64,000 nucleotides of DNA from NCBI GenBank assembly GCA_051530055.1, contig CM121341.1, forward strand, positions 14,796,784 through 14,860,783, read 5' to 3'. The notes under the pieces were generated by a model. The model saw nothing but the letters and a program-made list of their open reading frames with translations. It ran no database searches and was not told the origin of the DNA. A program made the position numbers and the translations under genes. This DNA is from Neoechinorhynchus agilis (taxonomy: Eukaryota > Animalia > Acanthocephala). This document shows, in pieces, positions 1 to 13,615 of the stretch. The number at the start of each line of letters is the position of its first letter. Position 1 is the stretch's first letter.

Positions 1-1477
1 TGGTTTGTCCAATGTAGACCTTTTGGCATTCTGCACATGGGATTTTGTATATCCCTAAATTGGTCTCTTGCTTGGTTTTCCTCTTGAGAATGCCCGCAAC
101 GGATGCGCCCCGTTTGTTGTAGATCAAAAGATTTGGAGCGAGGTAGTTGAAGCGCCTCAGTTTTTCGGTCGTGTTGTCACTTATGTGGTTAAAGCCACTG
201 TATTTGAGGGAGATGCTCGCGGTATCCTTTTTCTTGCGATGGCCGCTATGTGTTGCCTTTTTCAGACTGATTTTGATGGCATATTCAGGGTAGCCTCGTT
301 CCCAATCCCTGCTTTCTGAAGAAATCATCCTGGCCCTCTTGAAGTAGGACGTTGCCGCTGTTATTTTATAGTGGAACGGTTGGTTGCTCGACCAGTGAGG
401 TGAACCCCATGCTATACCTGGTTTGCGGTAGAGCTGTGTTTTGATGTTGCCTTTATCATCGTGTTTTATCTTTACGTCCAAAAAGGAGATAGCCCCTTCT
501 TCATCTTCCTGAGTCATTGACAACTGGATGTTTGGATCCTCCATGTTGAGTGGAATGCTTAGGTCTCCCATGCTCGTTTCATCATCAGTGACTATGAACA
601 CGTCGTCAACATAGCGATACCACTTTTTGATGTAGGGTTGCTTCTTCAAGAAGTTGTTTTCCCATCTTCTCATGTAGAGATAAGCTAGAGTGGGTGCCAG
701 AGGTGAACCCATTGCAACTCCGTCGCGTTGTTCATAGAAAAGTTGATCGAATTCAAAAACGGTCTTGCATGTGCACCACTGCAGTAGAGTTATCCACATT
801 TTATGATCAAGGCGCGGTTCTTCGCATTGATTGTGTAGAAGTTCAGCTGCTATGGAAATTGTCTCTTGGAGTGGAATGTTGGTAAATAAGGACGTTACGT
901 CGGCCGTGAAGAATTTGCACTGTTCATACTTTTCCAGTCGCACTCGGGACGGAGTGTTCGGCATAACGCTTCTTATTAGTGCATTGATTCTACGGGTCAA
1001 ACGATGATTGAAGGCAATGTAGCTGGCTATTATTGGTCGGTATTGTATCGTTGGTTTGTGTATTTTTGGGGAAAGATACGAGAAGGAAGCCCTGGCTGTA
1101 GAAGACCTCGTCTGTTGATGAAAGTGCTCAGTAATCGTGTTATTTTTCCGTAGAGTCCTCAAGAATTCATTTAGTTGTGTCTCCCGTTTTTCTGTTGGAT
1201 TGGAACTGAGTGTGATGAACTTGCCAGAGTCCAGCAGACTGTGGGCCGCATCGGTATACTCTTCAATATCTACTGCAACTAGGGCACGTCCCTTGTCCGA
1301 TTTAAGGATTGTAACTGCCTGGTCATTCTTAAGTTGTTTGATTACTGTGCATTCTGGGTTACAGATACCCTTGCTTCCGGCTCTCGCGATCATATCATAT
1401 TCTGCTGCTTCACAGGTTACGTCTGAAGCGGTATGTATGCGTAGCTCCATGTCACATCTAATCTGGGTTTCACATAT
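1..1477 (-). mobile_element. Penelope-like element (family A), frameshifted RT + GIY-YIG endonuclease; runs off the window start
   Basis: Minus-strand translation gives LKNDQAVTILKSDKGRALV (PLE KADKG motif), FFTADVTSLFTNIP, KWYRYVDDVFIV (~565-620) and GIYKIPCAECQKVYIGQT (1-60), with stops and frameshifts. Confidence 0.9.
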
Positions 1478-1484
1478 TCGACGT

Positions 1485-2041
1485 GATCGAATTTTCGAGA
1501 CTCGCCGGTCTCCTCTTCAGGTGTTGTCAACATCTAAAACATAAACAAGCGCTCGCTCAACATCAATTTACGTTTTGATTCAGGACCCCGGGTCCGTCAT
1601 GCCCGTTAGCAGAGGCGCAATTTTCCGTGCTGCAACCCGTGGGGAACTTAGGTCATGAGCGGATATCTGCGGTTGATAACTTCAGGTTCACATTCCCTTT
1701 GTTGCCTTCCATACGCTCTTGTCGCTCGGCCTGTTCTATCATCATGGACTCCATTATGTGCCTTCGTTGTAGGTGATCCTCGCTCATTAACATTGCTGCA
1801 TTTTCAAATCCGATAGAGTGCGAGTTTTCGTGCGCATCGTTCAACATCGCTGACGTCGTGCCCGCGTCCGCATGAAATAACGGTGTTGTCTAATGCGCAT
1901 GTCCAGCTCCTGCATTGTTTGACCGATGTACATGGCTTCGCAATCTAGACAGGGAATAGCGTACACTCCTCGAACACCCTTTCGCATCGGTTTGCGTTTG
2001 AAAATGCCAGCCAATGTGGGACCACTTTTCGTGAAGATCAC
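1485..2041 (-). mobile_element. Penelope-like element (family B) 3' part: GIY-YIG C-terminus, 3' UTR and HHR-like tail
   Basis: GVYAIPCLDCEAMYIGQT (ORF 1841-2041). The tail is near-identical to ~2325-2762 (inverted) and 11046-11475. Confidence 0.9.
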
Positions 2042-2795
2042 TGCGTCTGGATCGCTCTTAGAACGGTGTACTTGTAAGGCTGGGTTCTCGTTCGAAGATG
2101 GATTCTATGAGCAAGTCGAAGGAATTTCTATGGGATCGCCGTTAGACCAGTGTTGGCTGATCTTTACATGCGCGAATGAGAATCTGATATTCGGGAGAGG
2201 CTACCCGTTATCCAACACTGGTGGAGGTATGTTGATGACGTCTGCATGATCACAACGGTGAATCCAAGCACAGTTGACCTACAAACGATGCTAAACGCGC
2301 GCGACTCGAATATCCGAGGGACAGTTACTCAATGCAGGAGCTGGACATGCGCATTAGACAACACCGTTATTTCATGCGGACGGGGGCACGACGTCAGCGA
2401 TGTTGAACGATGCGCACGAAAACTCGCACTCTATCGGATTTGAAAATGCAGCAATGTTAATGAGCGAGGATCACCTACAACGAAGGCACATAATGGAGTC
2501 CATGATGATAGAACAGGCCGAGCGACAAGAGCGTATGGAAGGCAACAAAGGGAATGTGAACCTGAAGTTATCAACCGCAGATATCCGCTCATGACCTAAG
2601 TTCCCCACGGGTTGCAGCACGGAAAATTGCGCCTCTGCTAACGGGCATGACGGACCCGGGGTCCTGAGTCAAAACGTAAATTGATGTTGAGCGAGCGCTT
2701 GTTTATGTTTTAGATGTTGACAACACCTGAAGAGGAGACCGGCGAGTCTCGAAAATTCGATCAAATAAATAAATGTCCGGGTGAGAGACGTCACA
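2042..2795 (+). mobile_element. Internally deleted Penelope-like element (family B): RT fragment fused to the GIY-YIG tail
   Basis: FSFEDGFYEQVEGISMGSPL and WWRYVDDV, then a jump at ~2320 into MQELDMRIRQHRY and the same 3' tail as 1485-1915. Confidence 0.88.
2714..2775 (+). ncRNA. Hammerhead-ribozyme-like core in the PLE tail (further copies at 1485-1530 minus and 11046-11091 minus)
   Basis: CTGAAGA 2727-2733, an extra G, stem II GAGAC/GTCTC, GAAA 2751-2754 and ATC ending at 2762. Stems I and III are weak. Minimal HHRs are established features of PLEs. Confidence 0.65.
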
Positions 2796-3549
2796 AAATC
2801 AATCATACTATCCGACCAAAGCTACAACTTGGCCTTATAATAAAATACATTAAAGGAAACGATGCGATACAATTAGTTAAGATTTTTAACAAGATCAATC
2901 AATTCGATAAAAACAACAATTTTTACAATAAACATTAGACAATCAAAAAAGAATATACAAATGAGTCATACACACAATTAAGACTAGTAATAAGAGCCAT
3001 TTGGTTATTTAAATTTTTGTTAGGTGTGGTCTATAAAATCCGACTACAGACGTACTCAATAATACCTTTTGTTATTTTTGGCTGCTACCTGAACATGCCG
3101 AATTATTATTTCAATTAATTCCTTCTTAATCTAGAGCCTCGAAGATCAGCCAAATGGAGAATTTGTTGGACGACTGGAATCGAGAATGTTGGATAGTACT
3201 TATCGTGTATGCATTCTGTTCTTAATAAAACAATAAGGGCGTCATCGAAATCGGAATAAATATCGAAGTTAAAAGTTTAGTAGAAATCGCACAGATTTCG
3301 GAACAAGTTTAGTAAAAACCGTTCATCGAATCCCATTGCGAATGAATTTGAGGTCAAAAGCTAAAATATAAATAGCCTTCAAATAGGAAATTATGAGTGT
3401 TGAGACAAACACAAAAAATTTGAAAAAGTACAAATTATTCGCGATTAAGTCTTATTGAAACAAAATTCGTGAATTAAAAGTTGTAAACATTTTTTGCAAC
3501 ACCGCAAATCAATTACTATTAATCGGATATTGGCTTTAAAATTTAGCTT

Positions 3550-4177
3550 ATCAAACGCCTCCGAGATTTAGGAATCCCTACACCCTTCTTCTCACGCATT
3601 TTCCGTACCCTATCTCTACAAATTCCACTTCTACTTAAATTTACCCCCCTCACCTACGGTTATACCGTCTATTGCAACGTACCAAATCTCAAATCCTTCG
3701 TCTTGAAAGGTTTCATAAGCGAGCATTTAAAATTCGAACAACTGACTTTCCCCCTCTGACTTGATAACTTCAAGAAATTTTCATAAAACAATCAAAACGC
3801 ATATCAACACTACCACCATAATTTTTTCCACATTTTGTTCCCCTTTTCACACCAGCACAACACTCGTAATCCGAATTCGTTTAATCCTCCTATGCCTAGC
3901 ACCTTCCTATACCTAAGCACCTTCTTCCATACGGCCGAATTTTCTCGAATATCATGACCTGAGATGAACCCGAAATGAACCTGAGGAAAAACCAAACCTT
4001 AAAAGCGCTCAAGCAAACAACAACCACCAATTCCCACCCGGACGGATATCCCCAGGCCCAGAGATTTCCACTCGAACGGACAAGCCAAAAAACGAATAAC
4101 TCTGTGTTTTTTAAGGACCCAAAGGTACATTGGTCTAATTTCTTAAACACAAAATTTAATAAAACGTGTTATTATTA
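3550..4177 (+). mobile_element. 5'-truncated 3' end of an L2/CR1-like LINE
   Basis: LERFHKRAFKI and HNTRNPNSF match LETFHKRAARI and NTRNPNLF of the longer copy at 48400-50835. It ends AATAAAACGTGTTATTATTA and is absent from unit 3. Confidence 0.75.
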
Positions 4178-5436
4178 TGCACTTAATCCAAAATAAAATC
4201 CACATTGGAGTTTGTAGCTAGTCGTTTCGGTTTGAAGTCATTTGGACAAAATAAAAAATCGTTTATCCACTAAAATAATATTTGTTATACATAATGAAAT
4301 TTTGTGAATTTAAAAGTATAGGGAATTTAACGATAAAACGTTATTGCACTACTCTGATTACCAGAATACGTTATTGAATTTTTAAATGACTCAATTTTTA
4401 CATTCGGTACAAAAAATTTAGACTTAGCAACTATTATACGAAGAATAACGTACATTAACGGTAAATTTTCTTGTAACGATTTTCCATGAAGTACTCGAAG
4501 ATTCCCAGTGTTCGAGCACAAAAATTACCTGAAACAAACAGTAGAGTAGAATAAAAAAACAAGCGAAATTCTCCGAACGAAAATCATTTCGGCTGCATTT
4601 GCCAACAAAAACTCTTTGTTTGCAGTCAACCATTGGCCATTCACGAAAAAGGAGATCTTCGAATGCCGTTATCGATGTGATTTCCGGATTCAGTATAAGA
4701 TTAACAAGCAATCGAGCGCAAGCAGCGCATCCTTCCTATTACATCTTGTTAATAAGCACCACGTTTGATCCAGATTTAATGCCCTCACAATAAATTTGCA
4801 GTATTTAGACAGAAACGAGTTTTTTAGCAAAAGAATAAATATGGAATCTGTTGATGTTGAGGTTTCCAGGTTGTGAGAGTATGTTATTCCTTCTATCGAC
4901 TATTTCCATAGACAATATAAATTTGTTGAGACCGCAAATAGTATAGAATTTTCTCAGTGGGTGCCATAAAAGAGTCAACAATGAAAAGTTAGCACCTTAA
5001 AACTAATTCGGCATCGTGTAGCCACGTCGAAAAATGAGGCAACAATTTATATCTTTTCTTATACAACTGCTTATTATTAATCTCATTGAAAGCTTGAGTC
5101 CCAAAATCTGTTTTTCCATAGTGATAAGACAAAGTTGGTCTCGGTAAAGCAACATTAAATTATAATAAATGATTGCGCGACGAGCCTCTAAAAAGTAGAC
5201 TATAATTGAATTTTCGATGTTTGATAAAACCGAGTTATGATCAAAAAATGCTATAAAGAAGCCCACAAAGAAAAATGCGTCGTTATCTTTCCATTGTGTA
5301 CTATCGCTCTCTTGTTGAAATATTATAAAGCAAATAGAAAACAACCTTCGTTCAATGTGACTTGTTCAAACCCCGACAAGTAAAAACGATGCTCTTTACT
5401 TTGGTGTCTGTTGCGCCTTCAATCCATCGATAAGAA

Positions 5437-8149
5437 ATGAAAGGTAACCTTTATTCTAGTATTTATTCGTTCAACATTTTAATAATTCAGTTTTTATTAA
5501 TCTTGCCTTGATTTGCTTAATTGTGGGCAGGACGCAGGCACAAAATCAACCAAACATCATATTCAGTTAGTAGATTACTTTATAAGTTTTCATTTACCTT
5601 TAAATTCCAAAAAGGCTCAACTGGTCTGACTGAAGAGGAAAAAGTTCTTCTTTACAAGTTCATGAGTGAATCATTGAATTCCCCTCAGGGATTGAGGGCA
5701 TGCATCGTACGACCTGCAAGCCTCGGAACGTCTAGTTGCAAATCCTACATCGCCAGGAAGGTAGCCGAGGCAGTTCATAAATTCGGTGAGATTTACAGTT
5801 AAGGTTTTAGTCGTTAATAATGATCTTCTCTTAGATCTACCAAGGGACATGACTTTTTGTATTGAAGAAATATACGAAACAGATTCGACAACGACAACTG
5901 AACAGATAAACTCAACGTCGGAAGCAACTTCCGAAGAAACTTCGGACGCCACCTCAGAGGAATCCACTGCTCTGCCGACTAGTGAATTAACTTCGGAAGC
6001 TACCTCGGAAGCAACTTCGGACGTTACTACAGAGGAATCAACTGCCCGGCCAACTTCCAACGCTACCACAGAGGAATCAACCGTGCTGTCAACTTCCGAA
6101 TTAACATCGGAAGCCACGTCGGAAGCAACTTCGGACGCTACCACAGAGGAATCTACCGTGCTGTCAACTACCGAATTAATTTCGGAAGCCACGTCTGAAG
6201 CAACTTCGGACGCTACCACAGAGGAATCAACTACCCTCTTAACTTCTGAATTAACTTCGGAAGCCACGTCGGAAGTAACTTCGAACGCTACCACAAAGGA
6301 ATCAACCGTGCTGTCAACTTCTGAATTAACTTCGGAAGCCACGTCGGAAGCAACTTCGGACGCTACCACAGGTGAATCAACTGCCCTGCCAACTTCCAAC
6401 GCTACCACAGCAGAATCAACCATCCTGTCAACCGCTGAAGCCACTTCGGAAGCTACCACAGAGGAATCAACCGCGCTGTCAACTACGGAAGCCACGTCGG
6501 AAGCAACTTCGGACGTTACTACAGATGAATCGACTGCCCTGCCAACTTCCAACGCTACCACAGCAGAATCAACCGTCTTGTCAACCCCTGAAGCCACTTC
6601 GGACGCTACCACAGAAGAATCAACCGTACTGTCAACTACGGAAGCCACGTCGGAAGCAATTTCGAACGCTACAACAGAGGAATCCACCCCAGCGTCAACT
6701 TCAGAATTAACTTCGGAAGCCACCTCGGAAGCACCTACAGATGAATCAACTGTCGTGCCAACTTCCAACGCTACCACACCAGAATCAGCCGTCATGTCAA
6801 CCCCGGAAGCCACTTCGGACGCTACCATAGCGGAATCAACCGTACTGTCAACTACGGAAGCCACGTCCGAAGCAATTTCGAACGCTACTACAGAGGAATC
6901 AACTCCGCCGTCAACTTCAGAATTAACTTCGGAAGCCACCTCGGAAGCACCTACGGATGAATCAACTGCCCTGCCAACTTCCAACGCTACCGCAACAGAA
7001 TCAACCGTTCTGTCAACCCCTGAAGCCACTTCAGACGCTACCACAGAGGAATCAACCGTACTGTCAACTACGGAAGCCACGTCGGAAGCAATTTCGAACG
7101 CTACAACAGAGGAATCCACTCCAGCGTCAACTTCAGAATTAGCTTCGGAAGCCGTCTCGGAAGCACCTACAGATGAATCAACTGTCCTGCCAACTTCCAG
7201 CGCTACCACACCAGAATCAACGGTCCTGTCAACCCCTGAAGCCACTTCGGACGCTACTACAGAGGAATCAATCGTACTGTCAACTACGGAAGCCACGTCG
7301 GAAGCAACTTCGAACGCTACCACGGAGGAATCTACTCTGCTGTCAACTTCAGAATTAACTTCGGAAGCCACCTCGGAAGCAACATCGGACGAATCAACTG
7401 CCCTGCCAACTTCCAACGCTACCACAGCAGAATCAACCGTCCTGTCAACCCCTGAAGCCATTTCGGACGCTACCACAGAGGAATCAACCGTACTGTCAAC
7501 TACGGAAGCCACGTCGGAAGCAACTTCGGACGTTACTACAGAGGAATCAACTGCCCTGCCAACTTCCAACGCTACCACAGTGGAATCAACTATCTTGTCA
7601 ACTCCTGAAGGCACTTCGGACGCTACCACAGCGGAATCAACTGTACTGTCAACTTCGGAAATCACTTCGGATGCAACCACAACGGAATCAACTGCCCTGC
7701 TAACTTCTGAATTAACCTCCGAAGCTACTTCGAACGCTACCACAGAGTCAACCGCGATTACGTCTGGCCCAGGACCTCTCCCGATTGATTTCGTTCCAGC
7801 ACGAATACTGGAATCACCAGATGAAGATGTACTTGACTTCAAATCGGTGGTTTCTGACGAACAAATCTACAAACCTGCTTCCGATAATTTGACCGCTTTA
7901 ATCAATGAACAAATTGAGAAGATTTCATTTTTGATTCAAGATATCAAGAAATCATTTTCTGAGATCGCAAATTCCACGTTGGAAAGGACTCGATATAAAC
8001 GCAGCGTCTCGGATACAACAACTTCGGTAGACGACGATATCGAACGCTTCCGAGTTGCTTATCCCAACCAAGATATATCAATGAGTGAAAAAGCAGCGGA
8101 AATTTTTCTGAGAATTCTTGGAAACTTTGAAGCCCCTGCTCTTAACTAG
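5437..8149 (+). CDS. Secreted Thr/Ser/Glu-rich mucin-like protein, paralogue 1 (exons 5437-5443, 5491-5565, 5615-5785, 5835-8149)
   Basis: Three GT-AG introns (47, 49, 49 nt) join in frame to give the signal peptide MKVFINLALICLIVGRTQA, a Cys-containing N-domain, TSEATS/NATTEES repeats and a C-domain containing RYKR. Confidence 0.88.
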
Positions 8150-8429
8150 AAGACATTGATTAGTAGCTATCTTAGTTCGTAGTTAGAATTATGTAGTAGA
8201 CATCATCAATAAAACCTTCTATATCCTTAATGAGTTTCTCTTCCTTTTCCAACATATTAATTTCATTCCAAAGAGTAAACATATAAAAGACCATGTAATG
8301 ATCAGCGCCCGCCGCTGGCATGGACATTCTCCAACAGAATTCTATTTGAGATAACGGCAAATAATGTTTCTTTAATGAAACTCAGATCGCATCGAATTGT
8401 AAGATATTCTTTATGGTCAATAAGGGCGA

Positions 8430-11012
8430 GACATAGCGCAGGCTCTCTCGATTTCGCGTCATAATTCAATGCGTCGAGCGGGCCGAAAACACAAAATCAC
8501 AAGATTCACAGCCATCAGATCCTCCCGAAAAAAGCGAATTTCGTCGTATAGAAAGTAATAAAGTTAGCCAAGTTGATCTCCAAAATCCAGTTGTTTTGAG
8601 TAAAGGGTTGTCTGCCCCCACGAGATGGTTAGAAAGGATCACAGTTTGAGTGTGGTTTTTGATAGTAATGGGTTTCCTGCTCCCGCCCAAGTTCCAAAAG
8701 TTATGGTCATATGAATATGGTTCCAACTCAAGAAGTGGTTTTTGTGTAATGGGTCTTCTGCTCCCTCACTTAGAACACTTCACCAAGAACTTTAACCCAA
8801 GATTACCTAAACCCAAAGAGGATTATATCATACGAATTAAAAAAGAAAACCTGGGTAGTATTTCTGTAGGCGAAGTTATAAAAATTACTTCATAAGATAT
8901 CTATCGTCAAATAAACTAGAAAATGCCAGAGACTATTAAATCTAAAAAGTTTTGCGACAAAATGCTCGTTCTGGATATCTTTTTGTAAGCTACGAAGTGT
9001 TAAAGATGTTTTCGGAAATGTTAAAGGAAAATTCCATTGAATTTAATGATATTTCAAAGAATTCAACTTTAATCGTTTTCAGCATGCCATACAATATGCA
9101 GCAGGAAGATTTTGAGAGGTCTTAAAGCACTTTTGGCCTTCTTTAAAAAATGGGAATATAAATATAAAATTATGTTAACTCCCTAACCATCATTCCACAA
9201 TTATATACGGGCAGAGTGCATTCATATATTGATGCTTATCTGTTAAAGAAATGGATAGACTCGTCTGTAAGAGTTATGGAACAAATGCTGGACCAACGTG
9301 CTATGGGATACGACCTAATTAAATTAGAGTTTGGGTAATTTGATTTAAAGATGAGGGTAACATTTAACACCGAAAGAGCCCTTAAATTTAATACTCAAAT
9401 AAAGGAGGGGTTAACAAGGCAGGGAATCACGCCGACAGAAATGAACAGCATTATAACCCGGGCTGCAAATGATAATTTGGTTGTTTTTGCTTACGTACAC
9501 AAGGGAAGGCCGTCGAGGAACACAAATGCTCTAATGAGACTGGCTATAATAAATCAACTGGGGGGAAATTTGACATTTTGTAAATATTTCAAATCTGAAT
9601 TTTATCAATCACTGGCTAATGAGAGTATAACAAAAGACAGATTAAAGCTGAAGTCGGTAAAAAAATACTGCTCAAAATTTTGGTATATACTTTTACAAAA
9701 AAATGGGTAGACTAGAAGAGTAAAGCGGTTAATTGGATAGGGTCGATATCATACGCAGAGATGGTCGGCCAAATTTTATATAAAAATCTATTTTTATAGT
9801 GGTAGCTTTGCTCACATGGTTTCCAAGAAATGTCAAGGACACGATGCTGCTATCCAAGGAGGAGCTAGAGGCCTATTGGGGTAATGTTAATTCATTTGCT
9901 AATAATTCCATATCGTGTTCACCTAAGGTGATTAAATTGATAAATCGACAGATTAAAGATCAGCTCCTTAATCTATGAAATAGAAGACTAAATTTTGAAG
10001 AGCTTTTCGAAATTAATAAAGTAAGAAAGGAAATTTTACAAAAAACCCAAAGTTATAGAAAATCCGGGGGATGTGCGATTAATATCTATTTAAACCCCTC
10101 TAATATAGATAATTGAAAAAGTAGTGAATAAAAAAATTATGAACTTTTTAATGGAAAAAATCTTATCCCACCAAATTTCCATGGCTTCATAGCCGGAATA
10201 AGGGTAAATTGTCTATTATGCGATTTGAATAAAACAAACAGCGAAGCTGAAGGTGTAAACAAAGTACTGATGCAAATAGATATTAACAAGGCATACGATG
10301 CCATCGACGAAATGTTATCGAAAAAATTAAAAATGATGGCTCAATATCTTCTTGAATCTAAATCTTTCTTTATAGACGTAGATCCAAACAAAACACCATT
10401 TTTCTCAAGTTAAGGAGTACCCCAGGGGTCTCCACTCTCACTATTTTTAATAGCAATGATAGGAATTATGAAAAGATTGAAAAAAGGCAATTTTAAATTC
10501 TGGGTCTATGCAGATGGTCTTTTCTTTTTATTATATGAGAAGAACAATAAAATTTTATCTAACCAAATATGATTATTTTTGACAAATATAGATCAAATGC
10601 TAAAAAAGGGCCAATCTTTCCATTAATAGAAAAAACACAAATTATTTGTCTTACGAAAATTTAAGAGCAGGGGCCAAATTAAACAGGATTTTAACGGAAA
10701 ATAAAAGCATCGAACAATTTCCCATAAAAAACAACACGAGGATTTTAGGAATAGACTTTTCCTCAACCCGAGGAAGAACTACAACGAATTCGAATCTGGA
10801 TTCACTTTTTATTAAAATAATAAAATTAAATCATAGAATAAATATATTGCAGCACGTCATAGCAAATCCCATATCCATTTTTAAATCTATGTTAGGAGGA
10901 TCGTTTTGTTTCTGTGGACGACGGAATCAATAAAGAAGGAAGGATCAAAGCGAAATGGAGTGGGATCGCGATGATCAACAAGCAAGGCAATATAATAAAA
11001 TACGATTGTTAT
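8430..11012 (+). mobile_element. Degenerate AT-rich LINE (ORF1 remnant + RT)
   Basis: KEDYIIRIKKENL resembles KEKYIIKIGKEEL at ~60700, and 9351-9710 is homologous to 21318-21713. RT motifs QIDINKAYDAID, GVPQGSPLSL and VYAD are present. Confidence 0.8.
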
Positions 11013-11553
11013 TGTGACGTCTCTCACCCGGACATTTATTTATTTGATCGAATTTTCGAGACTCGCCGGTCTCCTCTTCAGGTGTTGTCAACATCTAAAA
11101 CATAAACAAGCGCTCGCTCAACATCAATTTACGTTTTGACTCAGGACCCCGGGTCCGTCATGCCCGTTAGCAGAGGCGCAATTTTCCGTGCTGCAACCCG
11201 TGGGGAACTTAGGTCATGAGCGGATATCTGCGGTTGATAACTTCAGGTTCACATTCCCTTTGTTGCCTTCCATACGCTCTTGTCGCTCGGCCTGTTCTAT
11301 CATCATGGACTCCATTATGTGCCTTCGTTGTAGGTGATCCTCGCTCATTAACATTGCTGCATTTTCAAATCCGATAGAGTGCGAGTTTTCGTGCGCATCG
11401 TTCAACATCGCTGACGTCGTGCCCCCGTCCGCATGAAATAACGGTGTTGTCTAATGCGCATGTCCAGCTCCTGCATTGAGTAACTGTCCCTCGGATATTC
11501 GAGTCGCGCGCGTTTAGCATCGTTTGTAGGTCAACTGTGCTTGGATTCACCGT
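11013..11553 (-). mobile_element. Second copy of the internally deleted PLE family B
   Basis: Reverse complement of ~2257-2795, with the same RT-to-GIY-YIG fusion junction. Confidence 0.9.
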
Positions 11554-11799
11554 ACAAGTTTAGTAAAAACCGTTCATCGAATCCCATTGAGAATGAATTT
11601 GAGGGCAAAAGCTAAAATATAAATAGCCTTCAAATAGGAAATTATGAGTGTTGAGACAAACACAAAAAATTTGAAAAAGTACAAATTATTCGCGATTAAG
11701 TCTTATTGAAACAAAATTCGTGAATTAAAAGTTGTTAACATTTTTTGCAACACCGCAAATCAATTACTATTAATCGGATATTGGCTTTAAAATTTTACT

Positions 11800-12466
11800 T
11801 ATCAAACGCCCCCCGGGATTTAGGAATCCCTTCACCCTTCTTCTCACTTACGCATTTTTCCGTCTCTCAAGAGGTCGCGGATCCCTCGACAACCAAATCA
11901 TCCTGCTTTTAAGAATCCCTTCACCCTATCTCCACAAATTCCACTTCTACTTAATTTTACCCCCCCCCTCATCTACGGTTATCCCCTCTATTGCAACGCA
12001 TCAAAATCTCAAATCCGTCGTCTTGAAGGGTTTCATAAGCGAGCATTTAAAATTCGAACAACTGACTTCCCTCCTCCGACCTGATACCTTGATGCAATTT
12101 TCATAAAACAATCAAAACGCCTATCAACCCTACCACCATAATTTTTTCCACATATTGTTCCACTTCTCACCCCAGCACAACACTCGTAATCCGAATTCGT
12201 TTAAACCATCCTATGCCTCCCACCTCCCTATACCAACGCTCCCTTTTCCATACGGCCGAATTTTCTTAACCTGAGGAAAAACCAAACCTTAAAAGCGCTC
12301 AAGCAAACAACAACCACCAATTCCCACCCGAACGTATATCCCCAGGCCCAGAGATTTCCACTCGAACGGACAAGCCAAAAAACGAACAACCCTGTGTATA
12401 TGAAAACCCAAAGGTACATGGGTCTCATTTTTTATACACAAAATTTAATGAAACGTGTTATTAATA
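11800..12466 (+). mobile_element. L2/CR1-like LINE 3' fragment (duplicate of 3550-4177)
   Basis: Same position within the repeat unit and the same 3' end (AAACGTGTTATTA). Confidence 0.72.
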
Positions 12467-13615
12467 TGCACTTAGTCCAAAATAAAATCCGCATTGGAGT
12501 TCGTAGCTAGTCGTCTCGGTTCGAAGTCATTTGGACAAAATAAAAAATCGTATATCCACTAAAATTATATTTGTTATACATAATGAAATTTTGTGAATTT
12601 AAAAGTATAGGGAATTTAATGATAAAACGTTATTGCACTACTCTGATTACCAGAATACGTTATTGAATTTTTAAATGACTCAACTTTTTGCATTCGGTAC
12701 AAAAAATTCAGCCCTAAACAGTCGAGTAGAATAAAAAACAAGCGAAATTTTCAGAACGAAAATCATTTCGGCTGCATTTGCCAATAAAAACACTTTGTTT
12801 GTAGTCAACCATTGGCAATTCACGAAAAAGGAGATCTGCGAGTGCCGTTATCGATGTGATTTCCGGATTCAGTATAAGATTAACAAGCACTCGAGCGCAA
12901 GCAGCGCATCCTTCCTATTACATCTTGTTAATAAGCACCACGTTTGATCCAGATTTAATGCCCTCGCAGTAAATTTGCAGTATTTAGACAGAAACGAGTT
13001 TTTGAGCAAAAGAATAAATATGGAATCTGTTGATGTTGAGGTTTCCAGGTTGTGAGAGTATGTTATTCCTTCTATCGACTATTTCCATAGACAATATAAA
13101 TTTGTTGAGACCGCAAATAGTATAGAATTTTCTCAGTGGGTGCCATAAAAGAGTCAACAATGAAAAGTTAGCACCTTAAAACTAATTCGGCATCGTGTAG
13201 CCACGTCGAAAAATGAGGCAACAATTTATATCTTTTCTTATACAACTGCTTATTATTAATCTCATTGAAAGCTTGAGTCCCAAAATCTGTTTTTCCATAG
13301 TGATAAGACAAAGTTGGTCTCGGTAAAGCAACATTAAATTATAATAACTGATTGTGCGACGAGCCTCTAAAAAGTAGACTGAAATTGAATTTTCGATGTT
13401 TGATAAAACCGAGTTATGATCAAAAAATGCTATAAAGAAGCCCACAAAGAAAAATGCGTCGTTATCTTTCCATTGTGTACTATCGCTCTCTTGTTGAAAT
13501 ATTATAAAGCAAATAGAAAACAACCTTCGTTCAATGTGACTTGTTCAAACCCCGACTAGTAAAAACGATGCTCTTTACTTTGGTGTCTGTTGCGCCTTCA
13601 ATCCATCGATAACAA

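Noticed and set aside
5003-5344. 113-aa minus-strand ORF present in both units, and neighbouring 4424-4793 ORFs
   Set aside because: The units are too similar for ORF retention to be informative, adjacent frames contain stops and no motif was recognised. A decayed gene cannot be excluded.
6372-7358. Gln/Pro/Leu-rich alternative-frame ORFs inside mucin 1
   Set aside because: Frame-shifted readings of the same repeat.
5671-7842. 723-aa minus-strand Val/Ser/Ala ORF (and the 840-aa ORF at 13850-16372)
   Set aside because: These are antisense shadows of the mucin repeats. The plus strand has the signal peptide and in-frame introns.
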